From Octopus bimaculoides (lineage: Eukaryota), in the NCBI RefSeq assembly GCF_001194135.2, contig NC_068995.1, positions 34,256,196-34,295,216 on the forward strand: DNA of 39,021 nt, in the 5' to 3' direction. Positions 1 through 11,531 of the stretch are shown one piece after another; positions within the stretch are counted from its first letter, which is position 1, and every line of letters starts with the position of its first letter. The notes under the pieces were generated by a model that saw only the letters and a list, made by a program, of their open reading frames with translations, was not told where the DNA came from and searched no databases. Both the position numbers and the translations under genes were made by a program.

Positions 1-138
1 TATATATGTATGTATGTATGTGTGTGTGTGTGTGTATGTGTGTTTGTGTGTGCGTATTTGTGAGTGTGTGCATGCGTGTGTGTGTGTGATAGAGACAGAG
101 AGAAAGAGTGAGAGAAAAAGAGAAAGAGATAGATAGAT

Positions 139-174
<36 letters not shown>

Positions 175-195
175 TGAGAGAGAGAGAGAGAGAAT
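1..195. repeat. Compound microsatellite (TATG)n/(TG)n/(GATA)n/(GA)n
   Basis: Directly visible simple repeats. Confidence 0.95.
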
Positions 196-820
196 GAGAA
201 AGTAAGAAAGAGGAAGACTGAGGAAGACGCTAAATATTTCAAGCAGTTTTGTGTAAAAGAAAACTGGATAACTTGTATTTGATGTTGCTTTTATCTTTCC
301 TACAACTGTTGTTCCCGATCCCGTGTGGTTGTACTTACTTTTTTTCGCGTTGTTTTTAACTTGTTCTTTGCTTTGCTTTTTAACTTGTTTAACCTTCTTA
401 GCAATATCAAGGTAGAATGCAAGTGATGTTTAACAATGTATTTCTCTTAGTTTCCTTAAAGAAATTAGTTAAGCATCGATTATTTCAAAATTATCTTTTG
501 TTAATTTCGGTTTCTACATTCTGCATGTTATCATTTAAGTATCTGATATTACCTTACAAGAAGCTTGAATGAGAATAAAGTTTTAATTGCCAGTGGTAAC
601 TATTTGTGTGTTTATCGTAACTGTAGAATCAGTTGCAGCTATTGGATGGAATCTGGTTCTGCTGGCAAGTAGCCACTAATAAATATACTCTACTTGGTAC
701 TCTATTGAGATATACATTTACTTGATTTATACGGGGTCTTTGTGTTTAGCATTGTAGCAGTAATTTTCAGATATGCATACTATTCTTTAGCAACTGCTTG
801 TAGAGCAAGTTACTTATATT

Positions 821-1034
821 GGTTTCAAATTTTGACGCAAGGCCAGCAAGTTTTGAGGACGGGGTAAGTCGATTACATCAACCCCAATGCTCAATTGGTA
901 CCTATTTTATCGACCCCAAAAGGATGAAAAGCAAAGTCGATTTTGGCGGTATTTGAACCCAGAAGGTGAAGACGGGTGAAATGCTGTTAACCGTTTTGCC
1001 CGACGCGCTAATGATTCTGTCAGCTCACTGCCTT
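821..1034 (-). mobile_element. tRNA-derived SINE, family A, full length with target-site duplication
   Basis: Minus strand reads AAGGCAGTGAGCTGACAGAATCATTAG (A-box-like) ... TTCTGGGTTCAAATACCGCC (B-box) ... TTTCATCCTTTTGGGGTCGATAAAATAGGTACC (resembles Nin/Deu-type SINE core). TTACTTATATT is duplicated at 810-820 and 1040-1050. Homologous copies at 14085, 19318 and 28966. Confidence 0.85.
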
Positions 1035-1464
1035 ATAACTTACTTATATTAAAATATCTCACCTAAAATCCATATTGATCACCTTCGAAAAATCGTGTTC
1101 CTTTATCTGTTCTTTTTCCGTTGGTAATCTTAATTATATGAATTTACAATAAAAAAAATTATAGATGCATGTAACCGTGTTCCAATTATTCTGGTCTTAG
1201 TTTTTGTTCAGAATATGGAGAAAATATTAAGGATGAAGTCCATTCTATTAAGCTTAACAATATTGATGTTTTGCAGCTATTTATGTTGATATAATGTGTG
1301 CGCGGCAGATTCAATGTCTACTAATTAGATATCAAAACTACAGAAACGAGATGGATCTGCTTCATATTAAAAAGAAAAAAGAAGTTCTTGCCAAAACATA
1401 TGACTTCGGGTATTGTTTTAAAGATTTCCGCTAACGAAGAACAAAAAACTGAATCTTGCAGTAG

Positions 1465-1660
1465 AACAGGGAGGAGAGATAGAGATAGATAGATAGATAG
1501 ATAGATAAAGAGGGAGAGAGAGAGAGAGAGAAAGAAAAAGAGAGGAGAGAAAGGGAGGGAACGAGAGAAAAAGAGACAGAAAGAGACAGAGAAAGATAGA
1601 TAGATAAATATATATAGAGAGAGAGAGAAAGAAAGAGAAAGAGAGAAAGAGAGAGATAGG
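1465..1660. repeat. (GA)n/(GATA)n microsatellite
   Basis: Direct reading; explains the spurious minus-strand ORFs 1418-1706. Confidence 0.95.
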
Positions 1661-2585
1661 GGGGGAATGCATGGAAAAACCCCAGCGTTGCTGGATTAGG
1701 CTGCAAATAACGACATACGCTTCTTTCCAGAATTGTACTTTATTTCTTTTTACTCTTTTCTTTTTTTAAATTCAGGCTCTTATCAACTAAATACATTAAA
1801 AGTAACCTACAGCTTTTTTCTCATTTTGAGTTACTTTGAAATAAAGTCCCTAAATTTTGAAAACTTTTAGCTACTTTTTATAAAAATTTATATGGTAACC
1901 ATAAAAAAGACATGATTAAAATGGTGTTTGGTATTTCTAATATCGCAGACACAGGTACCGTACCGCGAAAACAAAAATCTTAAAAAATGCAATACAAGAT
2001 TGTCTTAAATATTAAAGTAAGCGTTGATGTATTAAACGTGGTAAGCACGGCCAGTTTAATGAATCAAGATTATACATGTAAAGCAGAGACGTTGAGGTTG
2101 CCGAACAGTATTTATGTGGCAACGGTAACAACTCAAAAGTTAATAAAATAACGTTTGAAATAGGTTGATACACGGAAGTCCAACTTGATGTGATGAAGAG
2201 AGAGTAGCCTGATCTTTGACAAATCTGGACATGTTTAAGATCTCCTCAGTAATTCATTGTCATTCTCGTATCTGACTTCAACTTTCAGAAAGACAAGCTT
2301 CTTATCTAAATAGTTTCCACATTAAGAGGATAGTTTTTTACACACCATCAATATGTTCCCAATATTTTCCTCCTTTTTCCCTTCTAGAAGCAACAAATAA
2401 AATCTTGCTCAAATAAGGCGCTATCGTTTTCGAAAGAAAGGACCCATTCACTAATATGAGGATGAGTTCACTATGTTTGGGAAACAGACAGTAGTCAGGG
2501 CAGGAATCCTTTTGATCAAAGAATTGTTCGAATAGGGTCGACCTGAATACATGGGACAACAAACGAATGTATTATATATTATATA

Positions 2586-3652
2586 CAGTAGCGACCATGT
2601 ATTGAAATAGTTATAAAAGATTAACAACATATTGAGACTATAGATATTTTACACATACTTAGATATATCTAATATCTAGCTCTCGTGAAAATTTCAAGTG
2701 AATGGAATAAATATTTCGTAAGTTATGAGGAAATAAACAAGCAATCTTCCAAATTACAGCGGCCAAAAGTTAAGGGTCACTTAGAAAAAACGAACTACTA
2801 ACCGAGGTATTTTTTGTTTAGAAGACTGTTAATGGGCTAACAGTTACTTCTTATGATCTTACATTATTGGAACATTCAACTGTCAACATGGTGGCTTGTG
2901 AGAGACGACCGGTGTCCTGTGATGAAAAACAAAGGATTGGGTACCTTCACCAAGAGGGTAAGTCAAATTCTGTTAGCAACTACTGTAGGAAGGTCTAGAA
3001 GTGTTGTACAACGAATAGTAACTCGTTTTAAGTCACCAGGATGGACATATGCTAAATCTAAAAAAAAAACGGTAGAGCCCCTGAAACTACACCAAGACAG
3101 GATCGTATTATGGTTAGAATGTCACTGAAGGATAGGTTTAAGAGTGCTTCTGAGATATCCCGCGAGTTTAGCCCCACTTCCGATGTCAACGTATCGCGCA
3201 AAAACAGTTTCTCGGAGGTTACGAGGTTCTGAGTTGCTTCCTCGGACACCGGCAAAGAAATCTCTGATCTCCAAGAAGAATCAAAGAGCCCGTCTTCGTT
3301 TCGCTCACGAACATGTCATTTGGACGGAAGAACAGTGGTCGCTGGTTCACTTTAATGATGAATTGAAGTTTAATGTCATTGATTCCGAGAGCGGGATCTA
3401 CGTCCGACGAAGTGGTGAAAGGTTATCTCGTGCATGTGTGAAAAAAAAACAAAAAACAGTGAAATATGGAGGAGGCAGTGTAATGGTATGGGGAGGGATC
3501 TCTGCTGCTGGTCCTGGTTCACTTATTCGCCTACAAGGGACTGTCAATGCTGAGATCTACAAACATATTCTTAGACAGCATAACCCTTCCACATCACCGA
3601 TCGTCGTCAATTCAACCACCTATCTTCGTTCAGGACAACGTTCCCTGTCACA
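2586..3652 (+). mobile_element. Tc1-family DNA transposon remnant with frameshifted transposase, 3' truncated
   Basis: Begins TA|CAGT at 2584-2589. Translated pieces include TVSRRL, KKSLISKKNQRARLRFAHEH, WTEEQW..VHFNDELKFN (first catalytic Asp, FSDESKFN-like), KTVKYGGGSVMVWG and IFVQDNVPCHT (second Asp, QDNAPCH-like). Ends in (TA)n and an N-gap before the catalytic Glu. Confidence 0.92.
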
Positions 3653-3658
3653 CATATG

Positions 3659-3697
<39 letters not shown>

Positions 3698-4462
3698 NNN
3701 NNNNNNNNNNNNNNNNNNNNNNNNNNNNNNNNNNNNNNNNNNNNNNNNNNNNNNNNNNNNNNNNNNNNNNNNNNNNNNNNNNNNNNNNNNNNNNNNNNNN
3801 NNNNNNNNNNNNNNNNNNNNNNNNNNNNNNNNNNNNNNNNNNNNNNNNNNNNNNNNNNNNNNNNNNNNNNNNNNNNNNNNNNNNNNNNNNNNNNNNNNNN
3901 NNNNNNNNNNNNNNNNNNNNNNNNNNNNNNNNNNNNNNNNNNNNNNNNNNNNNNNNNNNNNNNNNNNNNNNNNNNNNNNNNNNNNNNNNNNNNNNNNNNN
4001 NNNNNNNNNNNNNNNNNNNNNNNNNNNNNNNNNNNNNNNNNNNNNNNNNNNNNNNNNNNNNNNNNNNNNNNNNNNNNNNNNNNNNNNNNNNNNNNNNNNN
4101 NNNNNNNNNNNNNNNNNNNNNNNNNNNNNNNNNNNNNNNNNNNNNNNNNNNNNNNNNNNNNNNNNNNNNNNNNNNNNNNNNNNNNNNNNNNNNNNNNNNN
4201 NNNNNNNNNNNNNNNNNNNNNNNNNNNNNNNNNNNNNNNNNNNNNNNNNNNNNNNNNNNNNNNNNNNNNNNNNNNNNNNNNNNNNNNNNNNNNNNNNNNN
4301 NNNNNNNNNNNNNNNNNNNNNNNNNNNNNNNNNNNNNNNNNNNNNNNATATATATATATATATATATATATATACGCATATATACACATACATACACGAG
4401 TGGTTGGGCAAATGAAATAGATGGAGACTCAATATAATGAGTAGGTGTTACATATATTATTT

Positions 4463-4577
4463 AAAACAGTTTGATTCGGATCTCTGCGGACTTTGGCAAC
4501 CCAAAGCCCGAAAGAGATGGGCTCCTGTTAGGGACCTGCGAAACTTGAAGTCGCACGGAACCGAATCAAACTGTTTT
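4463..4577. mobile_element. 115-bp fold-back/MITE-like element with 17-bp perfect terminal inverted repeats and a structured interior
   Basis: AAAACAGTTTGATTCGG (4463-4479) is the exact reverse complement of CCGAATCAAACTGTTTT (4561-4577). GC-richer interior has three hairpins. Confidence 0.6.
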
Positions 4578-6222
4578 GGATAAAATATATATACACACAC
4601 ACACGCGTAACTTGTAATCGACCTAATAACCTCAACTGACTGTTAACCCAAGGAATCAATTGTACCATAGAAGCAAAACCAAACTCCTTAAAAAATAGAA
4701 ACCAAACAACACTGAGAACTCGAAGAGCAACGGTTTCATTAAAGGGAATCAAAGCGGAGTTCTTTAAATAAAGTTGTGTTGAAGAGGACTTTAGTAAAAC
4801 CTCTCTTAAAAGAACGACCATTAACTAATTCCACATCATTCGAAATATAGTAAAGATATTAGGCATGACAAAATAGCGTTGTTGTTTGTAGCAAAAGTGC
4901 TACAAATAGAGAATAAACTAGTCGTACTTCATCTCTAATTTTGTGTGCATTTGTTCGAGAAAGAAAGACACTATGCAAGCTGATGGAACTAATAGAACCA
5001 AAGCTATAATAGAGCGTAAAAGACACTATTCTCAATAAACCAATATTTGGTTTCTTTCCATTTAATTAATTTCATTGATTCCATTATTACAATCGACTCT
5101 AGTAAATCTAATTGTGACTAAACTCAGATTTATCGTTTTAGAGTGATTGTTTTATATACAGTGCATATCTTGTACGCAGAAAGTATCGTATATACAATGC
5201 TTGTCTTATATACGATGATCATTAAGTAAATGTTTCTATTTTTGTAATAAAAAAATTCAACAACATTTGGGATCAATCTAAAATTAAAATAAAATCTTTA
5301 AAATTTACTGTATATACATTATGAAGTTCAATTCTGAAGAATACCTAAAATCCACGACTCGCTCTCTGCGGCTCTTAGTTACTGCCATCACCTCATCTTT
5401 TTTTTTGTCTTAATCTTTAAACTTAAGTTCACTTCTTCGACCTTTTCGGTCACCTGTCAAAGTTTATCTCATTTTCATAGAAAATGGCAATATTGTTATA
5501 GTAATTGTAATGCTAAAGAAATTAAGGAAGTTTTTCACGTATAGCAAGTGTAGAAAATCAAAGTAGTTACATTGCCTTTTTTTCTATCCTTCATCTTTTT
5601 GAGATTTATAAAATAGAGAAACAGTGAAATATTAGTTCCAAATTATTAAATACTAGCTGAACCAGAAACCGTTATTTTTGAAATGTTTAATAGTTACATC
5701 TTAAAAGGTACTTTTTAATATGCTGGCCACTGATACAGTTTTTTGAAAATTTTATCCTATATTAGATGTAAATTTATTACCATTCACTTCCGGACTGTCT
5801 CATACTCTATGAGAATTTTCAGTCTGACCGCACGTGTCTCGAGGTATACTGCAAAATTTCTATTTGGATATATTTGGGGTACTTAAGTGTACACATGACT
5901 TTGCGTCTGCTTGTTCCATGGGTGCAAGTAAGTATTTCATTTATTTGTTAACGTATTTAACGCTGATTACGAGAAAAGTCTTTATGAATTAACTCAGAAA
6001 TTGGACAGATTCTGTAATAACGGAATTGTTTAGAAATGTCTGTCAGCTTGCTTCGAGACATATGCTTATAGTAATGAATTATATGTGGTTATTGACGATT
6101 TAAAGTCTATTGTCGGCATATTTAGCATCGAAATTTTTTTCATTTGCCCTTATTTATAAGTTATATANNNNNNNNNNNNNNNNNNNNNNNNNNNNNNNNN
6201 NNNNNNNNNNNNNNNNNNNNNN

Positions 6223-6253
<31 letters not shown>

Positions 6254-6529
6254 TTGTATCTGTATAGATGGTTCAAATGTACAGAAAAAAAAAACAAGTG
6301 TGACAGGTGAGGGAACAACAGACGAGGTGTACTTGTTTGAGGCTCAGGAAAAGTTTCGGTCCTACTCTCTTCGGCAGAAAGGAATAGGGAAGGAAAACAG
6401 AGAGAGCAAGAAAAAAAAAAGAGAGAGGGGGAAAAACGTGTCTGGATTAACAGTTTCACATGTCGAAATGACCAGAAGGACGAGGTCGAATGGAAGGGGA
6501 GATAACGGTGACCTGGCGAAACTATATGC

Positions 6530-7015
6530 GCGTAACCGCGTGCGTATATGTGAGGAAGATGTTTGTGAGTGTATATGTGTGTGTGGGCGAACGTGTATGT
6601 GTGCATGTGTGGGAAGCATAAGATTATGTGAGCCTGTGCATGTGTGTACGTATGGGAGCGTGTGAGTGTATGTGTGTGAGTAAACAAATATGTGTACTGT
6701 GTGGAGTGATGCGTGCGTGTGGGGGAACGTGTGTATATGTGTAGGGGTGTGTGAGATTGTGTAACGTATGTATACATGAGGCTATCAGATATGTCTGTGT
6801 GTGAGCAAACATGTCTGTAGCAGCTAATGTGCGCATGTATGCTTTGTACGAGTAGCGTGCATGGGTGTGTTCGTGCATGCGCGTGCGTGTTTATGCGCGT
6901 TGTGCTCGTGTGCATTTTGTGTGTTCATGCATAAACATTGTGTGTGTTTACGCGTGTATATGTATGTGAGCGAATGTGCGTGTTCCTGTTTTCAGTTGGT
7001 GTGTGTAAATGGGGC
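6530..7015. repeat. Degenerate (TG)n/(TGCG)n low-complexity tract
   Basis: Direct reading; explains His/Thr- and Cys/Val-rich spurious ORFs. Confidence 0.9.
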
Positions 7016-9908
7016 ATACACATATTCACTTTCACATTTCTTTCTCTGAGTTTTTTCAGTCTTAATTGGACTTAGAACGTCTCTTTGAACCTGTCACTTT
7101 CATGAATAACACACACACGTACGCGCGCACACACACAGAGTCATAAACATACAAAAACACCCAAACAAGGAGAAATGCTCTCTCAGTTTGTACTAATTTA
7201 ATTAATGTCAGAAGACTCTGATGTAAAATGCCATGAGAATTTCTTTTCTACTATTTGGCCAACAAAGAATTAATATTCCGATTATGAAGGAGTTGGAATA
7301 GCAGAACGTGTAAGAACGTGGAAAATGATGTCTTATGTGATTTCCTTAGTTTCCATTCTGATCTTCAGCCCTGTCCTAGCTTACTGTGTTTTTATAGCCT
7401 GTAAAGTTTATGAAATAAGCAGCAACTATGTTAAAATTCATCACAAAGCTACAACCTTTCTGTTCAAATTTCTAGGCTCGTGGTAGAGTAGCAATCTAAT
7501 GGTGATTTTCGCAACTGTATTTTAAATTAAATTGTACAAGTTTTTTGAAAACTAAAATTTAATTGAAAATTTTGAAAGTTTTAAGATAATATTCTTTCTA
7601 AATCCAAAATTCCTCGTTACTGCATATTCCTATTAAAATTAATTTCATGTTTCTATTAATATTAATTCCAATTTATTGATAAAATATGGCTTTGGGTAAA
7701 AGACCTTGTAATTTAGTCATAGACAATTCCGAAGGGAATGTTTTCATTTCTAATTGTGTAAAAAGATAATAGGATGCATTACTTTTTCTCTGTCATTACT
7801 GAACTTCTTCGTATATTTTCGATTAATGGGAAATTTTCCTGTTAACAGACATGAATTTACGTTATTAAAAAGTCCACTTCGCTATCGCAAAGCAGCTGGT
7901 TCAATTCAACTGCACAGCACCTTACGAAAGTTACATCTGCCGTATCCTCAAGGTCATCAATGCTCCGAGAATGAAATTTGTTAGACGGAGACTATTCGGA
8001 AAACGTTATTTACACGTGCACACACACACACACACACATGGAAATAAAACATTGCGTCTGGCAAAGATATTTTACGGTATTCAATCCGATCTATATAGAT
8101 GTTCTCTTGCCATAGTTAACATCGGAGATTAAGCGAAGTGGATATTGGCTGGTTGGTAACTTATAACCCACAACACTGTCGTTCACAAATGCATGACATA
8201 AAGAACAAATAAACAATAAGTGAAGATATGACTGTGATTAGAAAGCCTTCTTTGCAGTCACGTGGTTTGAGGTGTGTTTACCAAAGTATCGGGGAGAGTA
8301 ATGTTTTGTAAGAGGAATTGGTCGCTGGAAACTGCGGAAGTCTGTCTAAAATACATATACATATAAGCGAGTTATCTCGCTTGTTTATGACTTCCAGATG
8401 TTTTAATACCAGGCGAATTTGTGAGAACTCGCGGGACCCGTGAATATTTCACAGAATTGATGGTAAATCCATTGGGTTATTTCTGAAAACTTTATCCAAA
8501 AATCTGAAAGTGTAGCCTGTGTTGTGTCTGTATAGAAAGATAGTCGCTCATCTGCTACTTATTGAAAAGTGGAAAAAATTGGAATACGATGATTTCATAA
8601 TGCACTTTATATATACACTTTATATATACACTTTATATATACACTTTATATACTTTATGCACAATTCTATAGACTTAATACACAGCACTCATAAAATAAA
8701 CATTCGCTCTTATTTTCCCACCTTCCCCATAAGCAAAAAAAAAGAAAAATATCCCGTACATATGATACAACCTTTAGTTAAATTGCATATATCTGCCACG
8801 TAAATATGCGTGAATATTTCACGGAATTGCACTTATGCGCATACGTTATGTGATTGGTGATATAAAAAACTTAGTTCAATTATGGAAATAATACACTTTT
8901 CATTATTCAACCACCACCACCTCTCCCCTCTCTCTCCACACCTTGTCCTTCTCATCCCCCCTCTCTCTCCTCTCTCTGCCTTTCTTTAACCTCGCCATCA
9001 GAACTTCATCCCTCTGCTAAAATTATATTTTTAACTCTCCTTCTCTAACTTCAACTAATTTTTTAAACCACGCAATAAATATTACGTTCCCTCTACCTCA
9101 CGTCATGCACGCTTCTCTCTCCCTCTTTCTGTCTCACTCTTCGCCTTATCCTCTTTTTCTCTCTCCTTTTTCTGCTCTCTTTCATTTCAATTTATTCACG
9201 TGAAAGCATTACAATTACATTCTGGCTACCTCACGCCATGGACACTTCTCTCTCCCTCTTTTTCTCTCCCCTTTTTCTTTCTCCCTCCCTCTTTTCTTTC
9301 TCACTTCCTCTTTTCTTCTCCCTTTTTTCATCTAATCACATGAAAGCGTTACCGATGGGCTAAGTAAGGCAATGACAAGCAGAATTATTATAAAATATAT
9401 TCTCTTACGCCTATAATCGCAGCTTGCCCACGAACTTACAACACACATACCTTGCGTATGTGTGTTCTATATTGTTTACATCCCTTGGGCTACTTCTCAT
9501 TCGCATTTGAATTTTTTCCGTGTTATGAAACGTCTGAACATACTTGCAGATGGTGCTTGCACCATTTTGTATGTAGTCATAGACAACGATTTAGCTTATA
9601 TCTGGCCACGTTTCAGGTATGCAGTATTGACAATTCACAAAGATGACGAAACATCGATGTCTATCACTCCTGTAAATGGGACCTGATGTGAGTCATCTCG
9701 CTTGTCTATAACTTCCTGGTGTTTTAACACCAGACGAATTGATGAGAATATGTTCTGCTACGCATACAATCGTAGCCTGCCACGATCTGTCAAAACACAT
9801 ACATTGTGTATGTGTGTTCGATATTGTTTATATATATATTTATATACACACATACATACATACATATACACACACACATACGCAACAACACACATATACG
9901 CACGTATA

Positions 9909-10670
9909 TATTGTCATCTCATAAATAATGCGGTTTTTTTCAATTAGTGCAAGTTTTGAAGAGAGCAGTTCGATTTCTAACAGTTTTTTTTTCAAAGCTA
10001 TAATGAACGTGACAAAGGAGTATATTCGGCATATTTTCTTTTATGAGTTCAATAAAGGCAACAATGCAACGGAAAGTGCGAGGAATATTAATGCAGTATA
10101 TGTCTATCTACCAGATAGACAATAAGCGTAAGCCAGTCTCAACTGTGGTTTCAGATATTTCGAGCCGGAAACTACAGCCTAGAAGACGAGCCTCATCCTG
10201 GAAGATCTATAGAGCTTGCCGAGGACGTTCTGAAAAGCCTGGTGGAACAAAATCCATTCGTAACTGTTGAGGAACTAGCAGAGAAGCTTGGATTAGGTCA
10301 TTCAACCAGTCATTCAAGTCAGCGCTAGAAGAAAAACGACCATTATTGGTTTAAGACGAAAAGTGTTCTTCCATCAGGATAATGCTCAGACACATAAAGC
10401 GAGGATTACATTCCAAAGGCTGGAGCAGTTTGAATGGGAAATGATGCCCCACCCACCATATTCGGCAGTCATTGACCCATCTGATTATCATTTATTCACA
10501 GTCTTGAAGATCATTTGGATGGAAAAAAATATGAATTCTGTAGACGAGGTCAGAACAGTACTGGAGGAGTATTTTTCGTCACGGACAAGTGAATTTTGGA
10601 AGAGGGGCTTTGCAAGTCTACCAGATAGATAGAAGAGCATTGTAGAAAATGAGGGAAAGTATATTTTATG
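9909..10670 (+). mobile_element. Mariner-family transposon remnant with internal deletion
   Basis: MNVTKEYIRHIFFYEFNKGNNATESARNINAVY (mariner N-terminal HTH), ..AGNYSLEDEPHPGRS, then joined directly to FFHQDNAQTHKA...MPHPPYS..IDPSDYHLF (HQDNA and YSPDLAPSDY-like DD34D motifs) and FWKRGFASLPDR. Confidence 0.93.
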
Positions 10671-10671
10671 T

Positions 10672-10740
10672 TTCCGTGCTCAATCCCAGTGCGTGGCACC
10701 TTGGGCAAGTGTCTTCCACTATAGCCTCAAGTTGACCAAT
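10672..10740 (+). mobile_element. Fragment of tRNA-derived SINE family B
   Basis: TCAATCCCAGTGCGTGGCACCTTGGGCAAGTGTCTTCCACTATAGCCTC matches the copy at 14865-15323. Confidence 0.8.
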
Positions 10741-11531
10741 ATTGATGGAAGCTTGAGAACTTGAATCATAATGAATTTTTCATCAACCGAATCTTTCAGT
10801 TAATGAATAATTCATTAGCTGATCACACAACCAAGGATACCACCCCCTATGGATGCATTGTAGTTACTCTTTTGATAGAGCTTGGTGATACTGACCTATT
10901 GATCTTCTAGGATTCTTTCGTTCAATATCACTCTCAGAAGCACTGTTGACTCAATTGAGCTCTTCTGCTTCCTCTTCACAACCCACCATGCTGCAGTCCT
11001 ATGAATTTGCCATATCCCTGACAGGGTGGCTGAACGGGCGCTATGCTTTACGAAAGGGCATCCTTAACTATGCAGGGCAAGGCAGTCATTCTGTGAGGTA
11101 TTTTGAAAGTACCAACTTTCAAACACATTTATCGTATGTACAACCGTATCGGTAAATAATTCAATTCGTAAACTACAACCAATTCTTAAATACGTAACTA
11201 AACATCAGCCAACCCATTAAGTCATACAAAAATTATAATCCATGTCGTCTTCCATAGTATAATATAAAAGTGAAAGCTGAATGATCACATTCATTCAATC
11301 AATCAATTTACAGGCAGGATTAAACGCTAACTTTAATAAACTACAACAAAGAAACATATAAACCAATGCACATTGTATCAGTATTAATAGTAAACTGCAA
11401 TAAGTAAATTAAATGCTAAATCGCGACCAATCTTTAAGTCCATACAAATAATAATCCCACCAGTCTTCCATCGTTACTACTATAATAAAAGTTAAAGCTT
11501 TATATAAATCTCTCCATATATATATATATAT

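Noticed and set aside
3144-4437. Long ORFs crossing N-gaps here and at 20319-21176, 23424-24705, 27053-27707, 28250-29088, 30172-30942 and 35300-36184
   Set aside because: Length comes from undefined bases and flanking microsatellites. Only the Tc1 part of 3144-3652 is real coding remnant.
6310-6335. GGGAACAACAGACGAGGTGTAC resembles the CUGA-strand of the permuted hammerhead repeat
   Set aside because: Core is altered (CAGACGA), with no upstream GAAA or cleavage strand and no further homology.
6154-7049. His/Thr- and Cys/Val-rich ORFs
   Set aside because: Translations of (CA)n/(TG)n repeats.
8250-8450. Promoter-like words (GTCACGTG, GCGGAAGT, CTCGCG)
   Set aside because: Part of the region is a repeat also found at 9690-9750, and there is no supported downstream exon.
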